From: Klebsormidium nitens
Taxonomy: Eukaryota; Plantae; Klebsormidiophyceae
NCBI GenBank assembly: GCA_000708835.1
Contig: DF236955.1
Span: forward strand, 248,001-312,000
DNA length: 64,000 bases
Direction: 5' to 3'
The notes beneath the pieces are model-generated. The model did no database searches, was not told the DNA's origin, and was given only the letters and a program-made list of their open reading frames with translations. This document shows, one piece after another, positions 35,525 through 48,002 of this stretch (the stretch's first letter is position 1; each line of letters begins with the position of its first letter). The position numbers and the translations under genes are program-made.

Positions 35525-37147
35525 GAGGAGCAGGTCCGGGCGCGGGGGCAGGCAGGATTCCGGAAGGGGTTTAGGGGGGCGGACCATATGCTGGCGCTGC
35601 GGGTTCTGACGGGTCGGTGGGGACGAGGTAGGAACCGGCACCTTTTTGCCTGCTTTGTAGATTTCAGAAAGGCGTTTGACATGGTGCCGCGAGAGAAGTT
35701 GTGGACGCGTTTGGAGGAGCTGGGAGTCGGGGACCGGATGCTTCAGTCGGTGCGGAGCATGTATTCTAACGTGCGCTGCCGGGTGAGAGGGGCCGGATGG
35801 GTTTCGGAAGAAAGTTTCGAAAGCAGCCGTGGGGTAAAACAGGGGTGCCCGTTGAGTCCCCTTCTGTTCGGTCTATACATTGACGGTTTAGAGGATGTGA
35901 TAGGCGGGACAGCAGACAATCCGGAGCTTAGCGGGGTCGAAGTTCCGTTTTTGGCTTTTGCGGATGACGTTGTTCTGCTGTCGACGAGTGCGGCGGGGCT
36001 GCAGAAAAAGTTGGGGCTTCTGGAAGAGTTCAGTAAAGAGAGTGGGCTCCCGGTAAACCTTCAAAAGACGGAAGTTGTGGTCTTTGGGGGTCAGTTCGCT
36101 GTGCAGAAAGTGAGGAACGAGTTTCAGTATGCGGGAGAGCGGGTTGCAATTGCGCAGAGCTATCGCTATTTGGGGGTGCAATTTCATTGCAACGGCAATT
36201 TTCGGGAGGGGGTCCAGGTTCTGGCGGCGGCCGGGCGGAAAGCAGCTTTCGCTCTGGAGCAAAGGTGTGCGGAGTTGGGGGCGCGAAGGATAAGGACGCG
36301 GGTCGGTTTGTTTGACGTGCTCGTAGGGCCGATTCTGCAGTACGGGGCGGAAGTATGGGGCCCGGGGTACGGTCCAAGGTGGGGGTGGAACGGGGACGGG
36401 GATTGTGTGGAGAAAGTCCACCGGGCGTTTTTGCGGGGGCTCTTGCGGGTCAAGAAGTCGACTCTGTCCAAGGCGGTTCTAGGCGAGTTCGGCCGGTTCC
36501 CTCTGGTTCTGCCTAGATGGGAGCAGATCTTTAGATTTGTTAATCGAACCGCGAACCTTCCGCAGGATCGACTAGCTCGGTTGGCCTTAGAGGAATCCAG
36601 GCGCATGTGGGCGGATGGTGAGGGAGGGTGGTTTGCAGAAGTCGTGGCAAAGGCCAGAGAGTTAGTTTTTGACGACAAAATTGTGCAGGGCTTTGATGTG
36701 AAGTCTCTCCGGAGTCTATCAGAATTTGCATACATGCAAGATTTGAGAGAAGAGCACGGTCGTAAGTACTGCACGTATTTTGAGGAGGTGAAGCAAGGCT
36801 ACTCGTATGAGCCCTACTTAGACCAGATAGAGCATGCGCCGTTTCTTCATGCGCTAGCCAAGTTCAGAGTCGGAGCTCATAATTTGGCTATTGAGACCGG
36901 AGCCTGGCAGGGGGTACCTAGAGCCGAAAGGTATTGTGCCTTGTGTGCAACGGGTGAAATAGAGGACGAACATCACTTCGTGTTCACTTGCCCAGTGTAT
37001 ACTGACCTCAGGATAGACTTCCCATATATCTTTCAGGATAGAGGAGAGATAAACTTGAGAACGTTCCTTAGTCTACAAGATACTTACGTGATAGGAAAGT
37101 ATTTGCACTTAAGCTTTGCATTAAGAGCGAGTTTAGTGCAGAGTTAG
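35525..37147 (+). CDS. LINE ORF2 fragment: reverse transcriptase plus C-terminal Cys/His domain; no endonuclease (truncated)
   Basis: QAGFRKG (in frame, upstream of the Met at 35588), FVDFRKAFD, GVKQGCPLSPLLF, FADD, VNLQKTEVVVF, YLGV, LFDVLVGPILQYGAEVWG and LAKFRVGAHNLAIETG..RYCALC..EDEHHFVFTCP. Confidence 0.95.
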   Translation, partial: EEQVRARGQAGFRKGFRGADHMLALRVLTGRWGRGRNRHLFACFVDFRKAFDMVPREKLWTRLEELGVGDRMLQSVRSMYSNVRCRVRGAGWVSEESFESSRGVKQGCPLSPLLFGLYIDGLEDVIGGTADNPELSGVEVPFLAFADDVVLLSTSAAGLQKKLGLLEEFSKESGLPVNLQKTEVVVFGGQFAVQKVRNEFQYAGERVAIAQSYRYLGVQFHCNGNFREGVQVLAAAGRKAAFALEQRCAELGARRIRTRVGLFDVLVGPILQYGAEVWGPGYGPRWGWNGDGDCVEKVHRAFLRGLLRVKKSTLSKAVLGEFGRFPLVLPRWEQIFRFVNRTANLPQDRLARLALEESRRMWADGEGGWFAEVVAKARELVFDDKIVQGFDVKSLRSLSEFAYMQDLREEHGRKYCTYFEEVKQGYSYEPYLDQIEHAPFLHALAKFRVGAHNLAIETGAWQGVPRAERYCALCATGEIEDEHHFVFTCPVYTDLRIDFPYIFQDRGEINLRTFLSLQDTYVIGKYLHLSFALRASLVQS

Positions 37148-37216
37148 TAAATAGAGACATTCGTCGACTTAGCCGACCACGGCTCCGAACCGACGTTAAA
37201 TCAACTAAATCTAAAA
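35527..37216 (+). mobile_element. 5'-truncated non-LTR retrotransposon (LINE, RTEX-like) with 8-bp target-site duplication
   Basis: Flanked by TCTTTTGA at 35519-35526 and 37217-37224. Contains an uninterrupted RT ORF, a short 3' UTR with a stem-loop (37162-37195) and a TAAATC-like repeat tail. Confidence 0.93.
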
Positions 37217-37320
37217 TCTTTTGACCACACAAATGTGGAGGCGACTTTACCACCTCGGCTGAGAAACGTCAGTTCCGCCTCCGACTCAGCAATATGTATT
37301 ATGTGAAGCAAGCTCGGCCT

Positions 37321-39800
37321 TCACGCCACGCATCGTTTCTTGGCCGACCGAATATAGCACATCCGCCCACACTCTTCTAGGTCAGCCGCGTCCCGTATCC
37401 ATCGCCGCCCCTCCCAATCGCTCGACGCATTCACCGAGCTCCAATCCACTTTCTTGCCGGACTTCCAATACTGTGCCAGGTTCCGATAACTAGCGTCGGT
37501 GCCAAAATCGTATTCCTGCTCGAACCGCCACAGCTTGGCCATGTCCAACGGCTGCACGTTGGGGATCGTCACCGGGCGGTCCGTACTGGCCCGGTACTGG
37601 TGATACGCCGGGTCGCTTACTAACTGGGACAACGTGCCCGGGAAGAACCACCCCATGCTGTTGTCTTTCTGGTAGTCGAACGGCACGCCTGCCCGGTTAA
37701 GGCACAGCCCGACTCGCATGTCCCCCGCCCAGCAGTCGGTAAAGTCTACCATGCACCCGTCGAGAAACGGGGCGACCAATTCGAGCGATTTCTTAGACAA
37801 AACGAAGCCTGCGTCGCCCTGGGGGAACATCGCGTTCGTCTTGCCAGCTGTCACGCCTGAATCGTGCATCCCCCCGCAACCGGTGACCAGGTACCCCCTG
37901 CCCAAGCACATACTGTTCGCCGTCGCGGTGGGCAGCTTCGACAACAACACTTTCGCCACGTTTTCTAACATCAGATACGCATCGTCGTCGACTACGAGGT
38001 ACGTCTCCGCCGTCGGGAACGTCTCGTGAAGCAGCCTGAGCGCGGGCAAGAACGTTGACTGCGCTCCTTCCTCTTGGGCAGCTTTCCCGCCCACTTTCTT
38101 GAGGAGTTTGCTGGCGAGTTTCGCCCCGGGGGGAACCCCCGGGCCCTGCTTGTCGGACACGATGAGAAGGTTGGGGATGCGGCTCTCCTGGAGCCACGTG
38201 GATTGGAGGACCGGCAGGCGGTGGGCGGCAGTGGAGGCTTCTGTTCGGACGGCAATGGCAACGCGGCTGGAGACCTGGCAGAGAGGACGGGTGGGGAAGT
38301 CTGAGCTGAAAAAGTAGATGGTCAAATCTTCTTAAACGTGCTTTCTTTGCTGCTGCAAATGGATTCGCTCAGGCATCACAGTTGTTGCAAGAAAAAGATG
38401 CTATGCCCTGGAACCTGGGCCCGAGGAACAGCGAACAGTCTTACAACGCCACTTTTGTCCAAGAAACGAACCAGCCGACCAAATCGAAAAAAGACAGACT
38501 TGAATGGATCGGGAACGAGAAGAGATCTGAAACGAGCGTGCCAGGAAGCTATGCGTCAGCGCCCAACTAGTTTGTAAGCAAACTCAATCTCAAACATGCT
38601 ATTCACACAACTGATAGGAAGCAACGTGCAAAGAATAAGATTGTCAAGCCTGTTTTCCCACCATCTTTCTGTCTCCCTATTCTAAGAGAATCCCAAACCT
38701 CCTTTGAAGCTCACCTTTTCCCAGAGGGACTCCTTTGCCGCCCACTGGATTGCTTCCCTAGGTGTAGCCACCATTTGCTTCGGCTTTATCCTGCCGTACC
38801 AGGTGGGCCTTCCGTCAGGCCCAAAAGTCGGACTCGGAAGGTTCCGTCCACCTTGCCTCGCAGTTTTGACACCGGTGCTCTGGATCGAGCTCGGAACTGC
38901 AAATCTGTCGCCCCCCAGTGCAGACAGGAGCAGGAGGCCCAGGAAAGCGCCGCAGCAAAACACCAGCAAAAGGAGCTTCCAACCTGGGAACAGAAGGAGT
39001 GAGAGGTGTGTGAGGAATTGTGTGGGCGAGTGAGCAGAAGAAGAGGAGCAATCATATATAGGCCGGCAAGTCCTTCCATGATGAAGGTGCCGCGGGCCAG
39101 CACAAGTTGCAATCAGCACTGCTTGGCCAGATGGGTTCTTAGCATGCCAGATTGGGGCTGAACGCACACACTTTGCAGATTGGTACATAACTGTTTGCAC
39201 AAATTTATCAGGCTGACTTTTGAATGTCAAGGCATGTGCATACAGTTGGTGAGAGCTCCAACCGTTCGCAAACACATTGAAGCTACTTTGACCATAGCTA
39301 GAATAGGCAGGTTCAGTGTTGGAGCTAGACGAGGGCTGAGCATATGCGCGCACGTCCGCCAAAGCACAGGTTTTGAACAGGGATTTGCAACTCAAAGTCG
39401 CGACTCATCAGTTTGTCACCAGCACCGAAGCTGCAAAACGAGCGGTGGGCTGAAGCGGATAGAAAGCAGTGTGTCCATCAGATTGCGCCTCTCGACAACA
39501 GATTTTGCCATTCCGCTAAAAGCCGCGCAAGCCAAGTGCCAAAAATCTCAACTCACCCGGAGCCCCATTTTTCAGCCACGTGTCCAGCTCCGTCAGTTCG
39601 CCGACTTCGTCCTCTGCTTCTAGTTCCAGCTCCGGGCCCTCTGAGCTCGTGTCGCTGATAACTGTGTAATCTCTGGACTGGTCTGAGTCGGAGTCTGATC
39701 TATTTCTGAGGACTGAGCTGGGCGACGACTGCCGGTAGTTCTTGGGTGGAGCATTGGTAGTGACCCGAGTGCGCCGCCCTGTGCTCTTTACGATAGCCAT
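37321..39800 (-). CDS. GT31/Fringe-like beta-1,3-glycosyltransferase, type II membrane protein, ~488 aa; join(39800..39557,38983..38715,38274..37321)
   Basis: The three exons join in frame. TM segment WKLLLLVFCCGAFLGLLLLSAL, DxD motif YLVVDDDAY, QGDAGFVLS and GDMRVGLCL. Confidence 0.85.
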
Positions 39801-41179
39801 TCCTGCTGAAAGGAGCGCCCGATCAGGCAGGAAGTGGGCGGACTTCTCTCTGTGTTCAAGTGGCGCTCTTCAAAGCTGGGCGCCAGCACTATGAGCTACA
39901 GCTCGATCTCGCTGTACTGCAAGGCCAGGCTGCTCCAGATGAGACATCCTTTGCTGGATGCTGCATCTACACGCAGTTCCCTCAGGAGTCAGGGAGTCTT
40001 GCAGGGGAGCTGAATCCTGCGCTCCTCATGGCCCAGCAGACAGCGGTTCTCGAGCTGTTGCATCGGTTGACAACACCAGACATCACCGGAACTACCTAGT
40101 TCTTATTTTGCTTGCCAGTCACAACACGCTCGTGTTGGGGGTTTGACATCAAATGGGTGCGCCTTGCATGTACGCAGCACTGCTTCTACCACCGCCAGGC
40201 CGTTACGTTTTAGAATGGATGTTATGAACATTGCGTGCGTGCACTCAAGTTCGGCGGTCGGTTATATTCTCGCCAGGTCTCGCAACTGGCCGTCCGTTTA
40301 CGGTTTCGAATTCTAACGAACGGCTTGGATTGGAACCGACGCACTGAGAAACTGCGCGCGCATCTATTACCAAATATTGTCAAACTTAATTTAGGCTAGT
40401 AACATGATTTGTGGTCGTCGATTTTCATGGCCGGTCGGCGGAAAAACTGCAATCAATCCCAAATTCACCACAATTCGGTTTCAATCAAAGGAGATATCGT
40501 TCAATATTGGCAGTCGCCAAAAGCTGAGTCTTTTTGCATGGAGACAACGGGGCCGCATGAGCTTATATTGCAGCAGCATGCGCATCATCGCCGCAATTCT
40601 AATAACCTTACATTGTGTGCCACTGAACCATGATGCATTCGACTTCGCATGAAAGACAAGCTCCGGAGAAGCTCGACACGATACAAAATGATGCGTATAT
40701 TCCGTGACGCTGTGTGGGTTGAACAATACTTTGTGCACTCGGAGCGAATGGCAAAGCTGGACTAGATATATGTGAAATGCATATGACGACTGCATGTCCA
40801 CGTACTGAACCGACGTACGAACACCGTTGTTCAACTTGATCGATACCCGTAACCGGCCGCCAATGAAGATCAAAGGGTTGTTGAAGCTGGTTGACTAGCC
40901 CCTGTTTGGGTAAGATGTTTGGCAATACATGAGCCTTTGCATCGCAATCTGCTTCGATATTGATAGTTTATTACCCATGACGTCATCAATGCCCTAGAGA
41001 CGGTCTGTGATCCACGCATGCCAAAATCCCAGTACTTGGACACTCCTGATGATAAATCAGGTCGCAGAGCATTAGAAGACTCATAATCAAGCTCCACCAC
41101 TTCTGGCCATCCGTGTGCCACGAAATTCCGAAGAACCATATTAAAGACGTCCAGCGATCACCATTGCTGCTTTTTCCTC

Positions 41180-44100
41180 CTAATGCCCATCAGCTTCCTC
41201 CTCCTCTTTGTGGAGCTTGATCATATCATCGATTCGCAAGATCGTGATCGCTGCTTCGGTTGCAAACTGCACAAGGAAGTCATCCCTAGCTCAGTGGCGA
41301 CGTAGGTTAACGACAAATTTGCGAATCTTCCTGACGAGTTGTTTTTCTCACGGCATTGCCTCTGCAACTAGGCATTGAAAACCACGAGCGCATTGAAGCT
41401 CAAAGCAAATGTAGAGATTCATCGAGCAAAAGCTCAAAGGATCGACAGTGGGGGGAAATTCGACTCAGTCCACATGCAAAATAAGTTGCCAAATGATTCG
41501 GAATGAAGACGAACCTATGGGGTATTCGGACAATCATGTAACGCTCTCTCACCTGCAGGACCTTGGTTTTGCTAAGAGCCGGCTCGATCACCCCTGCCTC
41601 GATGTTGTTTCTAACCACGCCGTTCACGAGGTCCAGACCCGTCCTGTATACAGAAGACCAGATAAACCTACTTAGTGAACTGGCAAATATGGTCATTTGG
41701 GCTAAGCCTGCTGGATTGTTCGCTCTCGAGTTTTCAAACCTTTCAAGCGGCTGTTAACATCGGTGATCCCGATCAAGCAGATGTAGCTTCACGCCTTACA
41801 GAAGAACCAGGTAGAGGTCCCTAAAAGATCAGCCCTCCGACTTCGCTCTTAGAGCAATGCTCGCGGGTTGCTTTATCTGGATGCGTCGAACTCGACGACC
41901 GGCCACGGAGTGGGTTCCCAGCCTCCCAGCACTACGCAAACGCTGCTTCTGGACTCGGCTATTGATGCCTCCCACGCCTGGGCAAAGACCTCAAGCCCAA
42001 CTCACCCCGAGAGGTGGGCTTTGTCCGGGGATGTCTGCGCTTTGTGGTGGTACGCGCGCAGCTTGGCCACCAGCTCGGTGGCGTCCTTGGCCGCGTTCAC
42101 GGCCAGCGTCTTGGGGATGACCAGCAGCGCCTCCGCGAACTCGGCGATGGCCAGCTGCTCCCGCGACCCGAGCGTGGTCGCCAGGTTCTCCAGGTGCACC
42201 GACAGCGCAGCCTCCACGGCGCCCCCCCCCGCGACCACCTGGAACGGAAGACAAGACGGCTAAATCAGCGCTCGAGCTTTTGGGCCTGAGGGGGCCAATG
42301 TCGTCGATCAGAATGGAGGCCGTCGCGTCGTCTTGAGTGCGAGTACGGGCTGTGAGAGGGCGGCTGAAAAACGAAGTTTCTTTGCACAGGGCGGACTGGC
42401 TTTCAAAAGTTGGAGGACAATTGCCGGTATGGGACGCGAACAGGTCGCCAATGATTGGACTGTGAGCATCAAATAGGATTGCCGCGGATCATTACAGATC
42501 AGGAGTACAATGCGAGCACAATGAACCAGCGGGAAATTGCAGGAGGCAGAGCATCAAGCTTTCAGATCACCTGCGCTTCGATGCAAACGACTTATAGAAC
42601 CGGCCTTCTTATTTCACCATGAAAAGGGCAGTGTGACACCAGACAATGGGAATTGACTGAAATTCGTGACGGCATGTCTCAGAGAACGCGCAGATCTGGA
42701 GATAGAAAAGCGGCACAACGGAAGGCCCACCGTGTTCGACTCGAGAGTCCGCTTGACTATGCATAGCGAGTCGTGCAGCGACCGCTCCATTTCGTCCAGC
42801 ATGTAATCGTTGGCGCCTCTGAGAAGGATGGACACCTGCACGCAAAAAGGCCGTAAACAATGAGTGAACAGATGCCAACTCGCAGTCTGCAGTGTTGCAT
42901 CGCATGCAGACACGAGCTTCGCCTTTGAAACTAGCGAGCCTGCTTCAAAGGCAAATGTCCCAAAGTCAGAAAGTAAAGTGCTACACAGTTCCTACACGAT
43001 GAGTCATAACATCGAAAATACATCTTTCTGGCGGTTGAGCAACTGAGTTGAGAAAATCCTTCTGATGCAGGCAAGGACCTGCGGGTTCCACGCCGCAATA
43101 TTCTTTAGTGCAAGCTTCACTCCTCTAAAAAGCAGAAGTTGCAGTTATTTTCGACAGCGACACGAGGAACTAGACAGAAAATTGTTGCCCCAGTGCTGTC
43201 ATGCCATGGAGGCTGTTCACAGGCCCAATCAAAGGCATACTAATGCTTACCGCCCGCGAGTTCTTGGGTCCCTTGATGACTAGCAATTCATCGTCTGCCA
43301 CCCGTTCCTCTGCAACCTCCTCCGCTGTCCCCAGGAACGAGGCGTCGAACGTCTCCCCGCCCTCCATGTCGGCGAAGGTCAGCATCTGGAGTGATGCACA
43401 CGAGTTCAGAAGAGATGGAGACCTTTTCGAGGCCCCCGCTTCGGTGAAACTTGCACGTAAGGTAATCAATAAGCTACCCAGCAGATAACGTTCTAGAAGG
43501 AAGCGACGGATTTGACGTGTCAGCAGAGGAGCTCAACATCTCGATGCACACGCGATTAGGAGAATGTTTCACAATAGTTGTCCTCAACCTGCGCAAATTC
43601 TTGCGGCCAAACAGGACCAGAAAAAAACGGAGCCGAAAATTCGCTGCTGAGCGCTATGCTGCGGATCGAATTCAGGAGGACGTACCGGCGTGGCCCCAGT
43701 CGCCTTTGCTATGTGCCGAAGGTCCTCCTTGCTCACTCGGCGTGCTGCAATCGCTCCGGCTTCGACGAAGTACTGCAGACAACATTCAAAATTAGATTGA
43801 GGCCTCGCTCGGAGCAAGAGCCCCAAGCCTGCGCTTACAAACCAGAGAGTTTTGCAACCACTTCACAATGTCCAATCCCCGTGAGTACATCAGTGGCCTC
43901 ACAAGGCTCGGTTTAATAAGCAGAGCGAATCGCAGATGCCTGCATGAGAACCTCGCCCTATGCACTATTTCTCAGAACAGCTTGCATCGCTTGCACAAAC
44001 ACGTTAGTTGCAAGCAGTCGTGTCCCTACCTTGAGTGCCATATCGTCTATCCCCTTGGTCGTCAGAATGACGTTCGCCCCCGCCTTGAGCAGCTTCTGTA

Positions 44101-47038
44101 TCCTCTCCTTCGTTACGTCAGACTCTCTGCATGTTTAAGTCACGCTGTTACGTTTCTTCACTTCATGGGCAGAACGCTCTTTATAGCTCAAAAGGTCAGC
44201 GTCACCGCGTCAGATGCACCCATCGAGCCGCTCTTGATTGCTGAATGATCTTCGCACCAGTTCTAAGCACCCTCACGTGAAAAAACAAAAACGTAAACTG
44301 CAATCAAACGCACCTCCCGTGATCTCATCTCCTTCATCTGAGTGGGGCCCTCAGGCTTTCGAACCGCTCACCTGTCCCTAATCTTCTCCAGTTCCCTTGG
44401 ATCATTGACCAGCACCTGTATTCCCATCTGCATCTTGGTCTTCTGGAGGTTGAAGTCTAGGCATGCAATCTTGGCCGGTGACACGCTCTTGACCATCCCC
44501 TGGGCTGCACGTGTCGTGTTGATTGCGTAACCCTTCAGCAGCTGGCTCTCCTTGGCGCTCTTCCCGTGTGCCTTCAGAATATTGATGGACTGCAGGACGG
44601 TGTTAGAGCGATCCATGTTCAGCCCAGAGTCCTTGTGAAAGGAGACGTAAGCATGATTTACCAAAGTCGGATAGATTTGAGCAGCCGGCAACTCGAAACC
44701 AGCGCTGCATTTGTCCATAAAAGAGGAGAAGGATGATGTAGCTAGGTCAGGTATCTCAGGAAAACTGGAAGCATCTACAGTGCGGGCAAGATTTTCCGAA
44801 TTTCACCAAAATACGTATTACTTGGAGTCCTGACCACCAGTCTCACTGACCTTGATTGGGTAGCGCACATCTCCTCTATCGTTTGTTGACTTGATGGATT
44901 GCACGGCATCCACCGCCTGCAATGCAATCACGAGGCTCAGTCCGGTTGCTACGAAAGCTTTTGGTGCACAGAAGGACCTAAAACAAGACCAATGGTCCCA
45001 AGCGCAGTCCATGAACAAGTATCAGGCACCTTAGTGCACTGGCCGATTGTACCGTTTTCCTTTGTGGTCGGTGACTTACTATCTTGGCAAAGTAGTCGCT
45101 CTCAGTTCCAATGATCTTAGAGGACATGCTGGTCTTTGCGGCATTAAGGAGCGTCTCCTTGGGCAGTTTGTCAACCTGCAAAGAAATGTTCTTCAGTCAA
45201 GTTGGGCACATGTGAGGTTGCGAGGTTTCAGATCAAGAAAAACATGACTGCATAGGAGGGGACGATGCGTAACCTGGTGATATGATGCTGGAGTCGAGCA
45301 ACAAGCACCAAAATGCATGAAAATGGGCAAAAAGACCTCCCCTTCACCTTTATGGCCAGCTTCTCATCTACATACTTCACGGCTTCCCGCATAGCAAGCT
45401 GCAAAAAGAGAAAGACAGACACATGTGAGCATTGTGATTCGAAACTTGGATGTCTGTCCCCTGTACCAAGATTGGAAGGTCTAGATTGCTTCATAGCAAG
45501 TACATCTAGATTCTGTATACTGTACGCTTTTCATCAACGTCCATTGCAAAATTGCACCTATTCATCTTCAATTGGCAAGTTGCCGACTCTCAAAGTAGCA
45601 GAGCCGTTGACATCAAGTTTTCAAAAGCGACATCAACTCAGAGTGTTAGTGTTAGGAGTATTGGCTCATTTAACTTACACCATTTTTGGCACTACAGTAA
45701 TCTGAACTTACCCTGTAGCCACTGATGATGGATGTTGGATGTATCTTGTTGCGAACCAGGTCGTTGGCCCTCTGCAGGAATTGCACATAGTCCATCAGAA
45801 CACGAACACATACCCCCGTACTGAATCCTGCCTCCGTCATCAATCGCCACACCACAAGGTCCAACCTTCACAAGTTTTTCACCAACGCTGGAGCAGCGAC
45901 ATCTTGAAAAGCCTGGCGCTACCACCAACACCGGAGCCACAAACTTTTATGAGCCCTGGCGCTGCCACTAGAACACACTCACCTTCAACAGCTCCGCTGC
46001 CACAATGACCACGGAGGTGGTGCCATCGCCCACTTCCCTGTCTTGGAGCTCCGCCAGCTCAACAAGAACCTGTACTTTGATAACCCAGACTCAGAACGCC
46101 CTTCTAATTCAGAAACTTGCCGGAACCTGACGACTTGATGGCCGGACTTCTGATCTTACAATGATGCCACCACCCTCGACAAGGCTTAGAAAGTGGTCGG
46201 ATGCAAGTGATGGTTGATCTGCAGTCGGTTGTGCATCAGATAGTTTTTTATGCTGGACCTCTCGTTCATTGAAGCCCTGGCAGCTTACCTTGGCGGCTGG
46301 ATGTTCCACTTCGAGCATCTTCAGAATTGTGGCACCGTCGTTTGTGATAGTGACATCACCGATGTCATCCACCAGCATCTGTGGAGGCACCGCTGACCTC
46401 AATCAATCACCTTAGAAGCAAGGCTTGGGTATCAAGTCCAATTTGCAATCAATTAAGTATCAATTTGGTATTCTACCACCACTTAATGGAGATAAACCAA
46501 ATACTCTTGACTTCTAGACCATCAACAAGGTAAGATCGAAACCAGGTGTCTGCTACCACTGAAAGTACGAGTGTATGACTTTGTTGCAGAGTGCACCAAT
46601 CAAACACCAGAAAAAGGACGGATTCTCTTGCACTAAGGTGCCAGTAATACTCACCTTGTCCAGGCCCACAGGACCCAAGGAGCTCTTCACTACGTTGGAG
46701 ATCGCTTGGACGGCAGTGGCTGCAGGATCAAATATTGTGTGTCAAACTGTGGCTTTGTTTGACAGCAGGTTGCACCAGTGACCAATTTTTTTTTGTGGAG
46801 TTCGTTCGAAGGTGTCAAATAAGTGTTGCGTGTTCTTAAGGAGACTTGTCATGATGGAAGTTCGATTAATCAAACAGCCTGCAGCAAGAATTCACCCAGT
46901 TCCGCGATGCCAGCAACGCTCCACGACGCAGTGCACACGCCTGTTAAAACAGTTGTACAAGCAAAGGCTGCCCTTACCGTTCTGTGTTCTGACATCTTGC
47001 CCGGATTGACGATCGCCAGAGATTTCCAGTCCTTCCAT
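41180..47038 (-). CDS. CCT1: T-complex protein 1 subunit alpha (CCT1), multi-exon
   Basis: Starts [20 protein letters not shown] at 47038. Exons encode [66 protein letters not shown] and VAGGGAVE; last exon [18 protein letters not shown]...GH* ends at 41180. Confidence 0.98.
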
Positions 47039-48002
47039 CCTAGCCTGCTTGGTGAAAACCACAGGATTGAGAAGACACTCGCGCAGCTACTAGCTGCGAT
47101 TGGAAGCTCTCTCGTCAATGCGCCGTTCACAAACGTCCCTGAGGCTGCATTCTTCAAGTTCTGTTCTGCCCACTTCTTTTCTGAACAGCTTTCAAATTCT
47201 GGAGTGCAGCTGCCGGGTGAATGCAGGTCTGTCCAAACTAGCAAAATGCTCCAAATCGCGAGGCGAAGGCAAAACCGCGTGTTTTTGGACAACGTCGAAG
47301 AGCTCCGCTTGTTTACAATCGACTAGCTGCTTGGTTGATATGCCCAGAAGATGGTGAGCCTAGCCGGTTTTCTTGACCACCGGGGGCGGTGGGGTGGGGG
47401 CTTACTGCTACCATTAGTTAAATAAGGACTGCCGGCCAAATCTCTTCACCCGCATCAAGAGCACCTGGTATTGAAGGAAGCACCGGGGGGTGTGGCTGCC
47501 ACAACTGCTTCCTGACTTCGAAACCTTCTGAGGCCTTGTAAATTCTCGCGAGCTTAATTGCAAGCACAGAATGCTTATATATTTTAAAAGGGATTTTAGG
47601 GTTTGCTGTGCTTGCGCAGCGCCGCACTGCCAACTGGTCTCTGCACTGGCAGGGATTTGGGGCGGCGCGGCGGCATGGGTGCATTGGGCATTGGGGGCTT
47701 GCTGGAGATATTTCTATCCAACCAAGTTTGAAATGTTGTCTGGACCACGGACAGTGGCTTCTCAGATTGGAGAATCGCGGCCATCCACCGCATGGCTCAA
47801 CCAACTTATTGACAAAAGAGGGCGCTGCAGTCTCCACCTGCTGCAATGCAGTGGTCGTCTGACGAATACATCCAGCTTTCCTGTGCATAAGCCTGCTTTG
47901 GAGCTGGTGGCAGCTACGCAGCTTTCATGACACTTGGAAGCACTTGCAGAGGCTCTCATCGCCTGCTGCACCATTAGAGAGCAGTATCAAACGACATCTG
48001 CA

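Noticed and set aside
37217-37323. Stop-codon read-through of the GT31 gene into ~34 further open codons
   Set aside because: Joining across the LINE TSD hits a stop at once, and the extension has no motif.
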